From positions 1-64,000 of the IMG/VR virus record IMGVR_UViG_3300021185_003145: 64,000 bases of DNA, one strand, 5' to 3'. A program made the translations under genes and the position numbers. Shown one piece after another: positions 37,042 through 46,842 of the stretch (position 1 is its first letter; each line of letters begins with the position of its first letter). Source of the DNA: a virus. Below the pieces are notes generated by a model. That model had not been told where the DNA came from, did not search any database, and saw nothing but the letters and a program-made list of their open reading frames with translations.

Positions 37042-37530
37042 TTATTTATCGTTTTTCATTAGTTTTTCTAATAAAGCATTTCTATCTAAAACCACTGCAT
37101 CACCGTCGGATTCGCTGGTTCCGTCATGTCTTGCTTGTACTTGATCAATTCTTGCTTTCTTTAATTGCAAATCAATCATTTTTAATTTTCTATCAATTTT
37201 TGCACCTTTGGCATTTAACGCAGTATCAAGCATTCTGGCTGCAGTACTAAAAATATCGCCGGCATATCTTGCTTCTACGTTCATACCTAAATCCATTAGG
37301 TCTTTAAATGTATCTTTGGCAGTATCTGCAATATCGTCCATTTCGCCATCACTTGCTTCAAGGTTTTCTACCATTGGCAGAGCGGCGTCAATTTTGTCTG
37401 CTTTGCTCATTGCATTTTGATAAGTTTCAGCGTCAGGCACAGGAATAACGTCCTGTTGTTCTGTGACTTTTTCTTCTTCTACTTTATCAGCAGGTGCTAA
37501 ATTTAATAAATCTTCTAATTTTTTTGTCAT
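37042..37530 (-). CDS. Helical protein, possible terminase small subunit
   Basis: Size, coiled coil, C-terminal DRNALLEKL; near gp17. Confidence 0.45.
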   Translation of the reverse strand: MTKKLEDLLNLAPADKVEEEKVTEQQDVIPVPDAETYQNAMSKADKIDAALPMVENLEASDGEMDDIADTAKDTFKDLMDLGMNVEARYAGDIFSTAARMLDTALNAKGAKIDRKLKMIDLQLKKARIDQVQARHDGTSESDGDAVVLDRNALLEKLMKNDK

Positions 37531-37538
37531 ACAATTAC

Positions 37539-37976
37539 TTACCTTGCTTTACCTTTGTGGAAAATATCTTCTTCAGTAACAACTCTAAACTTAATACGTT
37601 GTTGTTTACACCATCTACTAGCGGCTTCCCATTTTGCCATATTAACAATAACTCGGGCTTGTGCCATTTGACTTTTACCTGCACTTTCCATTGTTGTTTC
37701 TTTTTTTGGCTTTACTTCAATGAGTTCTGCACTTTGTCTACCGTTTTTGTCTGAATATACAACTAAAAAGTCTGGAAGATATATTGATGCTTTTCCTGTA
37801 AGTGGATTTTTATACGGTATTTTTACACTTTCGCTTGACCATTGTGTTATGCCTGGATGATTATCACAAAATTGCATAAATGCCCATTCCCAACTACTAC
37901 GATAAGTAGGTTCTTTTAATCCAACATACTTTTCTGGAGACTTTAAAGTAAATTTACCTTGTGCAAATTTTGCCAT
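37539..37976 (-). CDS. gp4: Head completion nuclease (gp4-like)
   Basis: YRSSWE, WSSE..IPY, Y.PDF, IEVKP, N.AKWEAA. Confidence 0.88.
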   Translation of the reverse strand: MAKFAQGKFTLKSPEKYVGLKEPTYRSSWEWAFMQFCDNHPGITQWSSESVKIPYKNPLTGKASIYLPDFLVVYSDKNGRQSAELIEVKPKKETTMESAGKSQMAQARVIVNMAKWEAASRWCKQQRIKFRVVTEEDIFHKGKAR

Positions 37977-37980
37977 CGGG

Positions 37981-38343
37981 CTAACTTAATATGTTACGAG
38001 CAACTAAATTGTTTGGAGATTGACTCTTGTTAAATCCTAGCATACTTGTATCGTTGCGTGTTTGGTTGAGTAAACTAATAATACTTTGTTGTATATCGTT
38101 TAATCCGTATTCTCTTAATTCATCAACAATTATCATTGGAGAATTACCTGTGTTAGTAGCAATGCTAATTACTGTGTCTGTTAAACTATTTGCAATCTCA
38201 TTGTTTCCTTCAGTTTTATCTAAAAAGAAACCTAGCACTGCATCATACTCACCCGAAGTAACTGTAACGTTCTCGTTGGTATTATACGAGTTAAACACAT
38301 CTGTTTCTGTTACTGTTGTTGTATTTGCTGGTAAATTAGCCAT
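37981..38343 (-). CDS. Hypothetical protein
   Basis: GAGG RBS; lies in tail operon. Confidence 0.7.
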   Translation of the reverse strand: MANLPANTTTVTETDVFNSYNTNENVTVTSGEYDAVLGFFLDKTEGNNEIANSLTDTVISIATNTGNSPMIIVDELREYGLNDIQQSIISLLNQTRNDTSMLGFNKSQSPNNLVARNILS

Positions 38344-38352
38344 TTATACCTC

Positions 38353-39762
38353 TTATGTTGCTACTGCTGTTGGTAAGCCTTTAGTTACTTTTGTAACTCC
38401 TTTAGGACTTGCACCAAGATTTTTGCCAAATGCTTTTCCTAGTTCACCTTTAAACGATCCTGGTCCACTACCACTCATAAAATCTTGTGCTTTTCCTAAG
38501 TCATTTTGAAAGTTTGTTTGAAAGTCTGGATTGTCAACAAATCCACTTAAATTACCAAAGGACTTAGGTAAAGATCCTGTTACTTTTCCAACTAAACTAA
38601 ATGCCTGCGAGGACATATCTTCTAAAGACTGTAAATTAAACTTTCCAAGTGCGTTTGCTAATGGTTGCTTTAAGTTAGCACCTACTTTAACACCGTTACT
38701 TGCTATCTTGTTCTGTGATGGTGGAATAAAGTTACCTGCAACTGTTCCAACTTTAGGTACGTTAGGTAAAGGATTGGCTCCGCCTGTTGATCCTGAACCG
38801 CTACTTGGAAACTTAAAATCACCTATTGGATTATTTCCTCTAAGTGCGTTTGTTGCCATACCTGTTAATTCTGATTTTAGCATACTTTTAAGATTAGCAC
38901 CTTTAAGATTTTGAGCTCCTCTTAAACCAGTAACAACTGCTCCTGCTATATTTCCGCCTGATAAATCACTTCCTATACTACCTACCGCATCAACAACTCC
39001 ACCAGGACCAAATACACTAGTAGTACCGCCTCCTTGTGGTGTTAATGGACTAGAAGCCTTATCATAATGCATTTCACCAAAACCTGCTGGGCCATCGCCT
39101 GCTACAAGTCCTGACTTGTATTTAACAGTTTCAAACTTTACAGTCATTGAATTTTCCATTAATCCTTGACTGTCTGCATAATCGTGCCTATCGTGTTCAA
39201 AACTTTGAATTATAGGATTAACTAACCAATATTCTGTGTACTTCTTTTGGTAGATACTATAAATTTTTATGTGACTAAAAAACTGTCCACTGTTACGATC
39301 TAGTCCCCAGTTTCTTGCTGAGTTTGGCATCTTTGTGTATGTGTCTTTTAGAGAATAAGTTCCGCCACTTTCATAGTTTGGATCGTTATTGTAAAAGGCA
39401 TAATACGCATACCACATATTACGAATAATATCACTGTTATCATCGTGAAATGTTAAACGTACAGGGTCATAGTTTATTTTATTATATGTATAACGCTTTC
39501 TGTTATACTGATTGTGTTCTGCTAACTCATAGGAGTATTTGGGCAAGTCTACGTTTTTTACGAGAAAACTTGCCTCTAATTGCTCACTTCCTGAAAAGGA
39601 AAATCCTAGTCCTGGGTTAATTCCAAAAGTACAATGGAATAAAAATCTATGCTTTGGAGCAAGACGGTAATTACCGTCAACAAAGGTTTTGGATGCATGT
39701 CGAAAATCTCGAACATTATCCCCAGTTGAAAGAGCGGTTAGAAAAGAGTTTAATACACTCAT
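38353..39762 (-). CDS. Tail-tube-fold baseplate/tube initiator protein
   Basis: LVKNVDLPK, NQYNRKR, YDPVRLTFHDD; adjacent to tube gene. Confidence 0.65.
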   Translation of the reverse strand: MSVLNSFLTALSTGDNVRDFRHASKTFVDGNYRLAPKHRFLFHCTFGINPGLGFSFSGSEQLEASFLVKNVDLPKYSYELAEHNQYNRKRYTYNKINYDPVRLTFHDDNSDIIRNMWYAYYAFYNNDPNYESGGTYSLKDTYTKMPNSARNWGLDRNSGQFFSHIKIYSIYQKKYTEYWLVNPIIQSFEHDRHDYADSQGLMENSMTVKFETVKYKSGLVAGDGPAGFGEMHYDKASSPLTPQGGGTTSVFGPGGVVDAVGSIGSDLSGGNIAGAVVTGLRGAQNLKGANLKSMLKSELTGMATNALRGNNPIGDFKFPSSGSGSTGGANPLPNVPKVGTVAGNFIPPSQNKIASNGVKVGANLKQPLANALGKFNLQSLEDMSSQAFSLVGKVTGSLPKSFGNLSGFVDNPDFQTNFQNDLGKAQDFMSGSGPGSFKGELGKAFGKNLGASPKGVTKVTKGLPTAVAT

Positions 39763-39780
39763 TACAAAATCCTGACTCTA

Positions 39781-40398
39781 TTAACCAGTAACAACCTCAC
39801 CAATTGTTCTTGCCACTGTAGCACCAACGCCAGCACCAATTGGTGTCTGTACTGCATTATCAAATCTAATTGTTAAGGCAATAGTTGCGGCTTCACTGCT
39901 TGAATAGTTTAAATCACCGTAGTTTACGTTTGAAATAAAGCAACCGTATAATTCCCAAGTCTCAAGTACGTTTGGTGCACTTGCTCCATTACCACCGTCT
40001 AATACTTCACAACGTGTGATAAACTTGAAATCAATACCAGATGCTGCACTTGACTGTTCCATCATATCAAACTGCTTTTGTGTTTGCTCACCAACTAGTT
40101 TTGCAACTTGACCTGATGCATCATCACGTAAGTTAACTGTTGTTGGATCCCAAGTGTGTTTACCTTGGATGTACACTTTACTGTTGTAGATATCAATCGG
40201 AACATCTTCAAATGTTACGGCTGGACGAGTAAAATCAATTACTTGTTTTGTTAATTCGCTACGTGGAGTTGAAACACCAAAGTTTTCAAAACTTACACGG
40301 AAGCGATACTTTAATTTTGGCATTAACAGGCCTTGAGCTGATGCGGACTGATCCGATGCTAAAGGTACTGTAAACTTGCTTAATGAACTTACTGACAT
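39781..40398 (-). CDS. gp19: Tail tube protein (gp19)
   Basis: YRFRVSF, GKHTW, ETWELYGCF..VNYGDLNY; follows sheath gene. Confidence 0.85.
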   Translation of the reverse strand: MSVSSLSKFTVPLASDQSASAQGLLMPKLKYRFRVSFENFGVSTPRSELTKQVIDFTRPAVTFEDVPIDIYNSKVYIQGKHTWDPTTVNLRDDASGQVAKLVGEQTQKQFDMMEQSSAASGIDFKFITRCEVLDGGNGASAPNVLETWELYGCFISNVNYGDLNYSSSEAATIALTIRFDNAVQTPIGAGVGATVARTIGEVVTG

Positions 40399-40464
40399 AT
40401 TTTTTGCTCCTGCTTATTAGTATTTAGTCACTTTTTTTACTGCTAATTCATACATCACAGACTC

Positions 40465-43400
40465 TTAAATAGAGCCTGTGTTTTGTATACGAACTGGAAT
40501 ATAAATGTATTCAACTGCCTTAACAGGTTCAACTGCAATATCAATATACAATTCGTTACGATCAATTCTATCGTTTGTGTTGTTTGATTCATCACAAACT
40601 ACTAGGTAATCGTATAAGCCTCTTTTTGCAACTAAGTCATTCATTAACTGTTCAACTACTTGTTTAACTTCATCTCTTGTTAACTTGTCGTTTGGTTCGA
40701 AAACAAACGGCTTAGTAATAACTGCTAGTCTTTCACGTACATATGCAACTAAACGTGCAACGTTAATACGATCTAATGCACTTGCAGTTGCTGTGCGTGT
40801 TTTGTTACCGTAGTTAAGTATTCCGTTACCCGGGAAGAATGATACTGGGTTAATACTGTTATCATACAATGTATCACGTAAACTTTCACGTACACCTGTT
40901 GCAACAAACTCACCTGTTACTGTATCTAAATATCCAAGTCCAGTAGCATTATCTACTACACCACGTCTTGTACCTGCTGGTGCAAACCATGGAAAACTTG
41001 CTTCATCGGAACGTATTAGTGTTCTTAAAATCATATGACTTGCTGGAACCATAATACTGTTTCCATCTAAGTCAGTTGAAATACCATGTGGATAAAACAC
41101 ACCCATATATGTATCTGCACTAACTAATCCGTCATCACCGTTATCTGATGCTAAGTTACTGTTTAACGCCCAGTTCTGGATATCAGTACTGTTTGCCGCT
41201 AATCTAAATGGTGTATCACCAATTATAAAGCCTGTGTTACGTCTATCATTGTTTAATGCAATCATGTTAGCCATTAGCTCTGGATAACCTGGTGCTGCCA
41301 TTACGTTAAAGTTTCTTTGATCTTCACGTAACTCACCACTTGTATCAATTACTGATTTCATTTTTTCTACAATAACTTGACGTACTGCGTTTCTACCCAT
41401 ATAAGGTGAACCATCAGTTTTGTTACCTGCAATACTTACCCATGCATCTGTTTCTGCTGGTAATACTTTACCTGGAAAATCATCTGCGTTAAAGTAATCT
41501 CTTCTAAACTCTTTAACATTGTAACTACTACGTCTTGTGTTAAACAATAGTGTACCACGTGGATAAAGTGCATTACTCGGTGCGTCTAAATCAACATCGT
41601 TATCTGTTAATAAACTTGCAATACTAGTAACTGTTCCTGTAACAACGTCTGTTGTTGTATCGCCCATATAACGTGCATCAGCAAATAAAATACCATCACT
41701 ACTTGTTTGATCGCCTTTATCAATTGCTACCCATTTGTTTTCACCATCAACTAGTTGATAACGTTTAATAAACGGATAGTTTTCTAAATCGCTTGTGTCA
41801 ATCCATAAATCACCAACTACTAATGCTGACTTGTCGCTTTGCTCTGTTGGAGCACTTGCACTTACAAACGGACCTTCTGGATTAGTTTGACTTAAATCAA
41901 AGCCTCTAGCATCTACAGTTACGTTTTGGTAACCTTTCCAGTCTGTACCATCGTGTATCATAATATCTACTTCGTTAGTAATATTCTGGTACCACATACG
42001 ACCGTTATCTGGATTTGCAGTAGGTTGTGTTGCACCTACAACGTATGTTAATGCTTGGAAATTACTTATAATAATTTCACCAGTTGTAACATCGTCTCTT
42101 GCATAACTGTTTGCACTAACTATGCCTGCATCTGCAATCGGTGTTCCTGTAGTTTCGTCTAATTTTACAAAACCACCTAAACTGTGTGTAATTGTAATTG
42201 CACCAGTATCTTCTAACTTTGCAGTAACATATGGAACAGCCGCTGCATTAAATTCTTGTACAAATAACTCTTTAGTTGTACCACTTAATGTAACTGATGC
42301 ACTTGATGTTGCTATTGTGTTTTTACCACTTGCAATAATTGTAAAGGCATCACTTGCAGTAAATGTTGGGCTAGTTAAGTTACCTGTAAGTACTGTTTCG
42401 CCTTTTACTTTACGCTCATATAACTTATATGTTATTTCACCTAATGTTGACTTTTCTGCTAACGCAATTACTTTGCCTGTAGCAACGTTTAATCCGCCGC
42501 CAATAGCATCAACGTCATACATTGCAGCCTCTTCTGACTTGTATAACTTAACACTTTTATCTGCAAATAAATCTGTTATTGAACTATATGCACTTACATC
42601 AATGTCTGCACCTGTGTTAGAATTTGTTGTTTTAATCCAAATACTTCCAGTTGGTCTTGATGCTGCATCACCGCTTCTCCATTCTGGAATTGAAGTGTGT
42701 GGATCAATGTTAATTGCTGGAATGTAAAAATCTCCTGCTGACATACCAATATCTGCTAATAATGTACCTGTTCCGCTAATAGCAATTTTTCCTGAAGCTG
42801 TACTTGCAGTTCCAAACAAACGAATGTTTCCTTCACTACTAAGTTGTGAAGTAACACCTGTAACAGCCGCTGCATTAATATCTGCTACCACTTGAGAAGC
42901 AGATGTGCCTGTCATTGATATAACATTACCATTAATTGTAATAGTATGTCCTATTGTTACTGTTGGATTTGTTTCTGTACCTTGTACTGCTGACCATGTG
43001 TTGTACCATGAATTAACACCAACAACTTGCCAACCTGCACTTGTCTTTAAGAAAAGTTTGTTGTTTGTTGTTGTAGTGTCAATGGCATAATCTGCTATTG
43101 AACCAATATGTGCTTTTGGAATACCACCATCCATATCAGTTGCCGCAGTAATTACTACCGGTACTTTATTAGTAAATGTTTGTGTACTTGAAGACCATTG
43201 AAAAATTCCCCATTTAGACTTTGTAGTGTTAAGCCAGTGTGTTCCGTTAGCCGGGTCACCTGCAGGACGTCCTGCACTTCCTGTTAACTGTCCTAAATCA
43301 ATGTCTGCACGAACGATATATGCTCTATTACTAACGCCTAATAAACTGTATGCTGACATTAAGCCATGCTCGTTTAGTTCATAGCCATGTAAAGCAGTTC

Positions 43401-43641
43401 CGCTTGTACTCTGATAATATGATGGTTCACCAAATGTAGAAACTAGTTCTCTTTGTGAGCCAATTAAATATGCCTTTTCAGCATTTGCTTTTGTAGTTCC
43501 ACTAGCAGTATTGCCTGTGGTTGGATCTTTCTTGTCTTGTGCAGATGCTATCACCAACATTGGTACCGTACCAACTGCCGTACTTGCGTACTGTGATTCA
43601 TCTATAACTTTGACCTCGATACCGGGTGAAATAAGTGCCAT
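40465..43641 (-). CDS. gp18: Tail sheath protein (gp18), extended
   Basis: LISPGIEVKVIDES; PWFAPAGTRRG, DRINVARL, FVFEPND. Confidence 0.95.
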   Translation of the reverse strand: MALISPGIEVKVIDESQYASTAVGTVPMLVIASAQDKKDPTTGNTASGTTKANAEKAYLIGSQRELVSTFGEPSYYQSTSGTALHGYELNEHGLMSAYSLLGVSNRAYIVRADIDLGQLTGSAGRPAGDPANGTHWLNTTKSKWGIFQWSSSTQTFTNKVPVVITAATDMDGGIPKAHIGSIADYAIDTTTTNNKLFLKTSAGWQVVGVNSWYNTWSAVQGTETNPTVTIGHTITINGNVISMTGTSASQVVADINAAAVTGVTSQLSSEGNIRLFGTASTASGKIAISGTGTLLADIGMSAGDFYIPAINIDPHTSIPEWRSGDAASRPTGSIWIKTTNSNTGADIDVSAYSSITDLFADKSVKLYKSEEAAMYDVDAIGGGLNVATGKVIALAEKSTLGEITYKLYERKVKGETVLTGNLTSPTFTASDAFTIIASGKNTIATSSASVTLSGTTKELFVQEFNAAAVPYVTAKLEDTGAITITHSLGGFVKLDETTGTPIADAGIVSANSYARDDVTTGEIIISNFQALTYVVGATQPTANPDNGRMWYQNITNEVDIMIHDGTDWKGYQNVTVDARGFDLSQTNPEGPFVSASAPTEQSDKSALVVGDLWIDTSDLENYPFIKRYQLVDGENKWVAIDKGDQTSSDGILFADARYMGDTTTDVVTGTVTSIASLLTDNDVDLDAPSNALYPRGTLLFNTRRSSYNVKEFRRDYFNADDFPGKVLPAETDAWVSIAGNKTDGSPYMGRNAVRQVIVEKMKSVIDTSGELREDQRNFNVMAAPGYPELMANMIALNNDRRNTGFIIGDTPFRLAANSTDIQNWALNSNLASDNGDDGLVSADTYMGVFYPHGISTDLDGNSIMVPASHMILRTLIRSDEASFPWFAPAGTRRGVVDNATGLGYLDTVTGEFVATGVRESLRDTLYDNSINPVSFFPGNGILNYGNKTRTATASALDRINVARLVAYVRERLAVITKPFVFEPNDKLTRDEVKQVVEQLMNDLVAKRGLYDYLVVCDESNNTNDRIDRNELYIDIAVEPVKAVEYIYIPVRIQNTGSI

Positions 43642-43766
43642 TTTATACCTCGCGAATATATAATATATATTAATATTTTGTAGTTGTATTTATACTTTTG
43701 CAACAAAAAGGCGTCTATTAGACTCAGATACCAGGTACCCTTTAAAGGGCACCGCTAAATATTTGT

Positions 43767-44114
43767 ATGGAAAAACGACCTATATGTACTAAATGCAAGA
43801 AAAAATTTGCAGCCTTTAACTATCGTAAAGGGGAAAAGGTTTACTATCGCAAAAAATGTGATAGTTGCAATCGTAAGCACAAAGCAGACGGTAAAAAAAG
43901 TCCGTGGGCAAAAGCAGGTTATAAAAAGAAAACTGTTTGCGAAAAATGTGGATTTAAAAGTAAGTACTACGAACAAATAGAAGTGTACTATATAGATGGT
44001 AATATGATTAATATAAAACACACTAATCTTAAATCAGTGTGTTTAAACTGTTTAACTGAATTGGGACACGAAGGATGGAATACTAAGCAAGGTGACTTAA
44101 TACCTGACTTTTAA
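43767..44114 (+). CDS. Multi-CxxC zinc-binding protein, degenerate HNH-like
   Basis: Four CxxC pairs; YYIDGN...NL...CLNC; leaderless late start. Confidence 0.7.
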   Translation: MEKRPICTKCKKKFAAFNYRKGEKVYYRKKCDSCNRKHKADGKKSPWAKAGYKKKTVCEKCGFKSKYYEQIEVYYIDGNMINIKHTNLKSVCLNCLTELGHEGWNTKQGDLIPDF

Positions 44115-44715
44115 GATCTTCTAACGTACTATTATTTTTGATAATTGCATCAAATTTATCATCATTTGCAACCCAGGCCCATTCACTTATGTGTACTTCT
44201 GGAAAAATTACTGCCATTGAATTATGTTCAACGTAAGTTGCATCGGCTTCATTAATACCTACGGCAGTTACAAACCACATAGGTTTTTCTCCTCTACACA
44301 CTTGCCAAACTTCTCCATCTAATTCTTTTATTAGATTAATCTCGTTTGAAAAACGTACATCTGGTATTACAAAATTTTTAGTAGGATTTTGTATTAGTTG
44401 TTGCTTAACTAAACTTACCCATATACCATCAAAGAATCCACTTCGCATACAGTCAGTACCAAACAACTGAAGAACAAGACGAGGAGTAATATCTTTTCCT
44501 GTTTCCTTACTCCAGAATGTATCTTGTGTTTCACGCCATTGTCTGCTGTCATCAGTATCTCCTTCAAGCATATTTCTGTCCCAACCAAATACAGTTGCAA
44601 CTCCGTCTTTTAACTTATCAGCAAAACTAATCTTAGTAAAGTCGTGATCTTGTACCAGCATATCAGCCACGGTTCCTTTACCGCTACCGATGAGACCACA
44701 TACTCCGATTATCAT
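44083..44715 (-). CDS. gp1: Deoxynucleoside monophosphate kinase (gp1)
   Basis: GLIGSGKGT, SFADKLKD, TPRLVLQLFGTD, IPDVRFSNE. Confidence 0.9.
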   Translation of the reverse strand: MIIGVCGLIGSGKGTVADMLVQDHDFTKISFADKLKDGVATVFGWDRNMLEGDTDDSRQWRETQDTFWSKETGKDITPRLVLQLFGTDCMRSGFFDGIWVSLVKQQLIQNPTKNFVIPDVRFSNEINLIKELDGEVWQVCRGEKPMWFVTAVGINEADATYVEHNSMAVIFPEVHISEWAWVANDDKFDAIIKNNSTLEDLKSQVLSHLA

Positions 44716-44740
44716 AAAGTACCTCTTTTTATTTTAAGGG

Positions 44741-45484
44741 TTAGCCCATGACCCATGTCATTGGCATTTGTCCGTCAACTAAATTCATTAAATCTGTTTC
44801 AAGTTTGTCAAGTTCTGTTTGTGCTTCTACTTTAAGAGCATCACCATTTAAACTTGTTCCACCTTGTGGACCGGCAATAGTTGCAAATTTAGAACGTGCT
44901 TCACCTAACATATACTTACTTCTTGCTAGTGCATAGTCGTATACCCATGGCTTACAACGTGTATCTGTTAGCAATGACGTATCAGGTCTTACATTATACA
45001 TCCATAACATAACTGTTTCGCCATCTGATCTAACATTTCTAATTATTGTTAATTTTTTTGTAACAGGATTAAAAGTAAAGTTAATATATGCTCCAAACAT
45101 ACGTCCAGCCATTTCTTGATACTGCTTGTAGAAATCGTAAGTAGCAAGACCACCCATCTTTCCTGCAGTTAACATATATGTGTTCATGTAACCTGCTTCA
45201 AAAGGCTCAAACACACTACCAACATTACCTGTTGTACTACGAAATACTTGTCTAACATTTTCTACTTCATTAGGTAATGTATACTCTGTCTGTCCTGTAA
45301 CTAGTGCTAAAAAGCCATAACTTTCTTCAACGGCATTACTGCTTTTTTGACGATACACATCTAGTGCTTTTTGCAAAGCCATTTCATAGTGTGCTGCATC
45401 AAGCTCAACATCAACCATACCTCCACCGAGACTAAGTTCAATATAATCAAAAAGTTTTTGTTTTTCAGTTGTTAAGTCAGACAT
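44741..45484 (-). CDS. gp13: Neck protein (gp13-like)
   Basis: LGGGMVDVEL, LGEARSKF..GPQGGTSLNG. Confidence 0.8.
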   Translation of the reverse strand: MSDLTTEKQKLFDYIELSLGGGMVDVELDAAHYEMALQKALDVYRQKSSNAVEESYGFLALVTGQTEYTLPNEVENVRQVFRSTTGNVGSVFEPFEAGYMNTYMLTAGKMGGLATYDFYKQYQEMAGRMFGAYINFTFNPVTKKLTIIRNVRSDGETVMLWMYNVRPDTSLLTDTRCKPWVYDYALARSKYMLGEARSKFATIAGPQGGTSLNGDALKVEAQTELDKLETDLMNLVDGQMPMTWVMG

Positions 45485-45507
45485 GTACTAAATCCTTTAT
45501 ATTACTA

Positions 45508-46749
45508 CTATTTAGTCACTTTCAATAGTATTGTCTGATCATTGATTCTGCCATTTAGTTTAGTTTCAGTAGTTTTTATACTATCCATAAACTTCCTAAC
45601 AAATACTTTATTACCTTTATTAAAACTTGCTAACTGCTCTAATGGCTTCCTAAGTGTTTTTTGTACACTTTGTTTTTCATCAAAGTATAATATTGTTGTT
45701 CCTTTAACTTGTAATGTAGCATGTTCTTCAGCAACATACTTTCCTAACTTACGAGTTTTTACATTGTATACCCATAACTCTGCACTTTCAAGTATATCAA
45801 TAGGATTAACACTTGCAATTTTTAGTGTTGTATCCTCTTTTTGATACTTCAATCTTGCAACAATTTTATCCTTAGCAACAGGCTTTTTTGTTCTAGTTTG
45901 ATTTGCTTTTTGGCTCGTAATAATCATATCACATGCACTTACTATTGCATTGTATATTTCAGCAATTTTCTTTTGTTGCTTTGTTGAAAAATGTGCATAT
46001 CCTTCAACTAATTGATCATACATATCATCATCTTTTTTCTTAGGCCCTATAAGTTCAGAAAACTCTTGTGCTACCGGCTTAAAGTACTCTCTAATAATAC
46101 GAGCATGATTACCTTTAACTTCTAACTTTCGTAATGAAGAAACAGGATTAAAACTTTTTAAATCAAACTTATCAATATTATCTAATGCTTCGTCAACTTC
46201 TTCTTCAATCTTTGTTGCATATACCATACTAGCATTTTTTAACTTTTGTTGTATGCTTAATACAGGTGCAGTATTCTTTGCTTTTTCTTCTTTTTTAATT
46301 TCGTCAACTATTAAAGATCCTGCCGCAATGGCTTCTTCAACTCTTGGCTTAATAAATTCTGTGATAGGTCGCATACTATCCATTGTCCCAGGACATGATT
46401 CCCAATATTCATTATGTGGTTCAAAGTAATCAGGACATCCTGTTAATAGTAACTTGGCGTATATTGCAACAGTTGGGCTTATTTGTCCTTTCTTAGCACT
46501 AGAAATATCTTTCTTAGTGTATTGCTCTTGTTTCATCCATTCGTAAATAAAAGGAACAACATCACTTGTTTTATAGTTCTGATAATAAAACTCTACTGCT
46601 TGTTGCCTTAACCTGTGGAATTCATATCCAGACAGTTTTTCAAAATCAGCAAAACTAGGTCCTGTTAATTTAGCACCTCTTTTAAGTCTAGGTGCACCTT
46701 TTACTACTTTTTTCTTAGGCTTTTTAGTAAGTGATCTTGCAGTAGCCAT
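45508..46749 (-). CDS. Early hypothetical protein
   Basis: 413 aa; AAGGAG RBS; early promoter at 46775-46802. Confidence 0.75.
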   Translation of the reverse strand: MATARSLTKKPKKKVVKGAPRLKRGAKLTGPSFADFEKLSGYEFHRLRQQAVEFYYQNYKTSDVVPFIYEWMKQEQYTKKDISSAKKGQISPTVAIYAKLLLTGCPDYFEPHNEYWESCPGTMDSMRPITEFIKPRVEEAIAAGSLIVDEIKKEEKAKNTAPVLSIQQKLKNASMVYATKIEEEVDEALDNIDKFDLKSFNPVSSLRKLEVKGNHARIIREYFKPVAQEFSELIGPKKKDDDMYDQLVEGYAHFSTKQQKKIAEIYNAIVSACDMIITSQKANQTRTKKPVAKDKIVARLKYQKEDTTLKIASVNPIDILESAELWVYNVKTRKLGKYVAEEHATLQVKGTTILYFDEKQSVQKTLRKPLEQLASFNKGNKVFVRKFMDSIKTTETKLNGRINDQTILLKVTK

Positions 46750-46774
46750 ATTATTCTCCTTTGTTTATATTACT

Positions 46775-46802
46775 ATAATACACTGTTTTGTTTGTATGTC
46801 AA
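46775..46802 (-). promoter_or_regulatory. Early promoter
   Basis: AAAGG-TTGACA-N16-TATTAT. Confidence 0.75.
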
Positions 46803-46842
46803 CCTTTATCTTTATATAAATATAGTATAACAAGGATTTCAC

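Noticed and set aside
42122-42727. Long plus-strand ORFs opposite structural genes (also 3930-4379, 6047-6643, 11769-12317, 38027-38509, 52148-57063)
   Set aside because: Antisense shadows from codon bias of the real minus-strand genes; no RBS and no recognisable motifs
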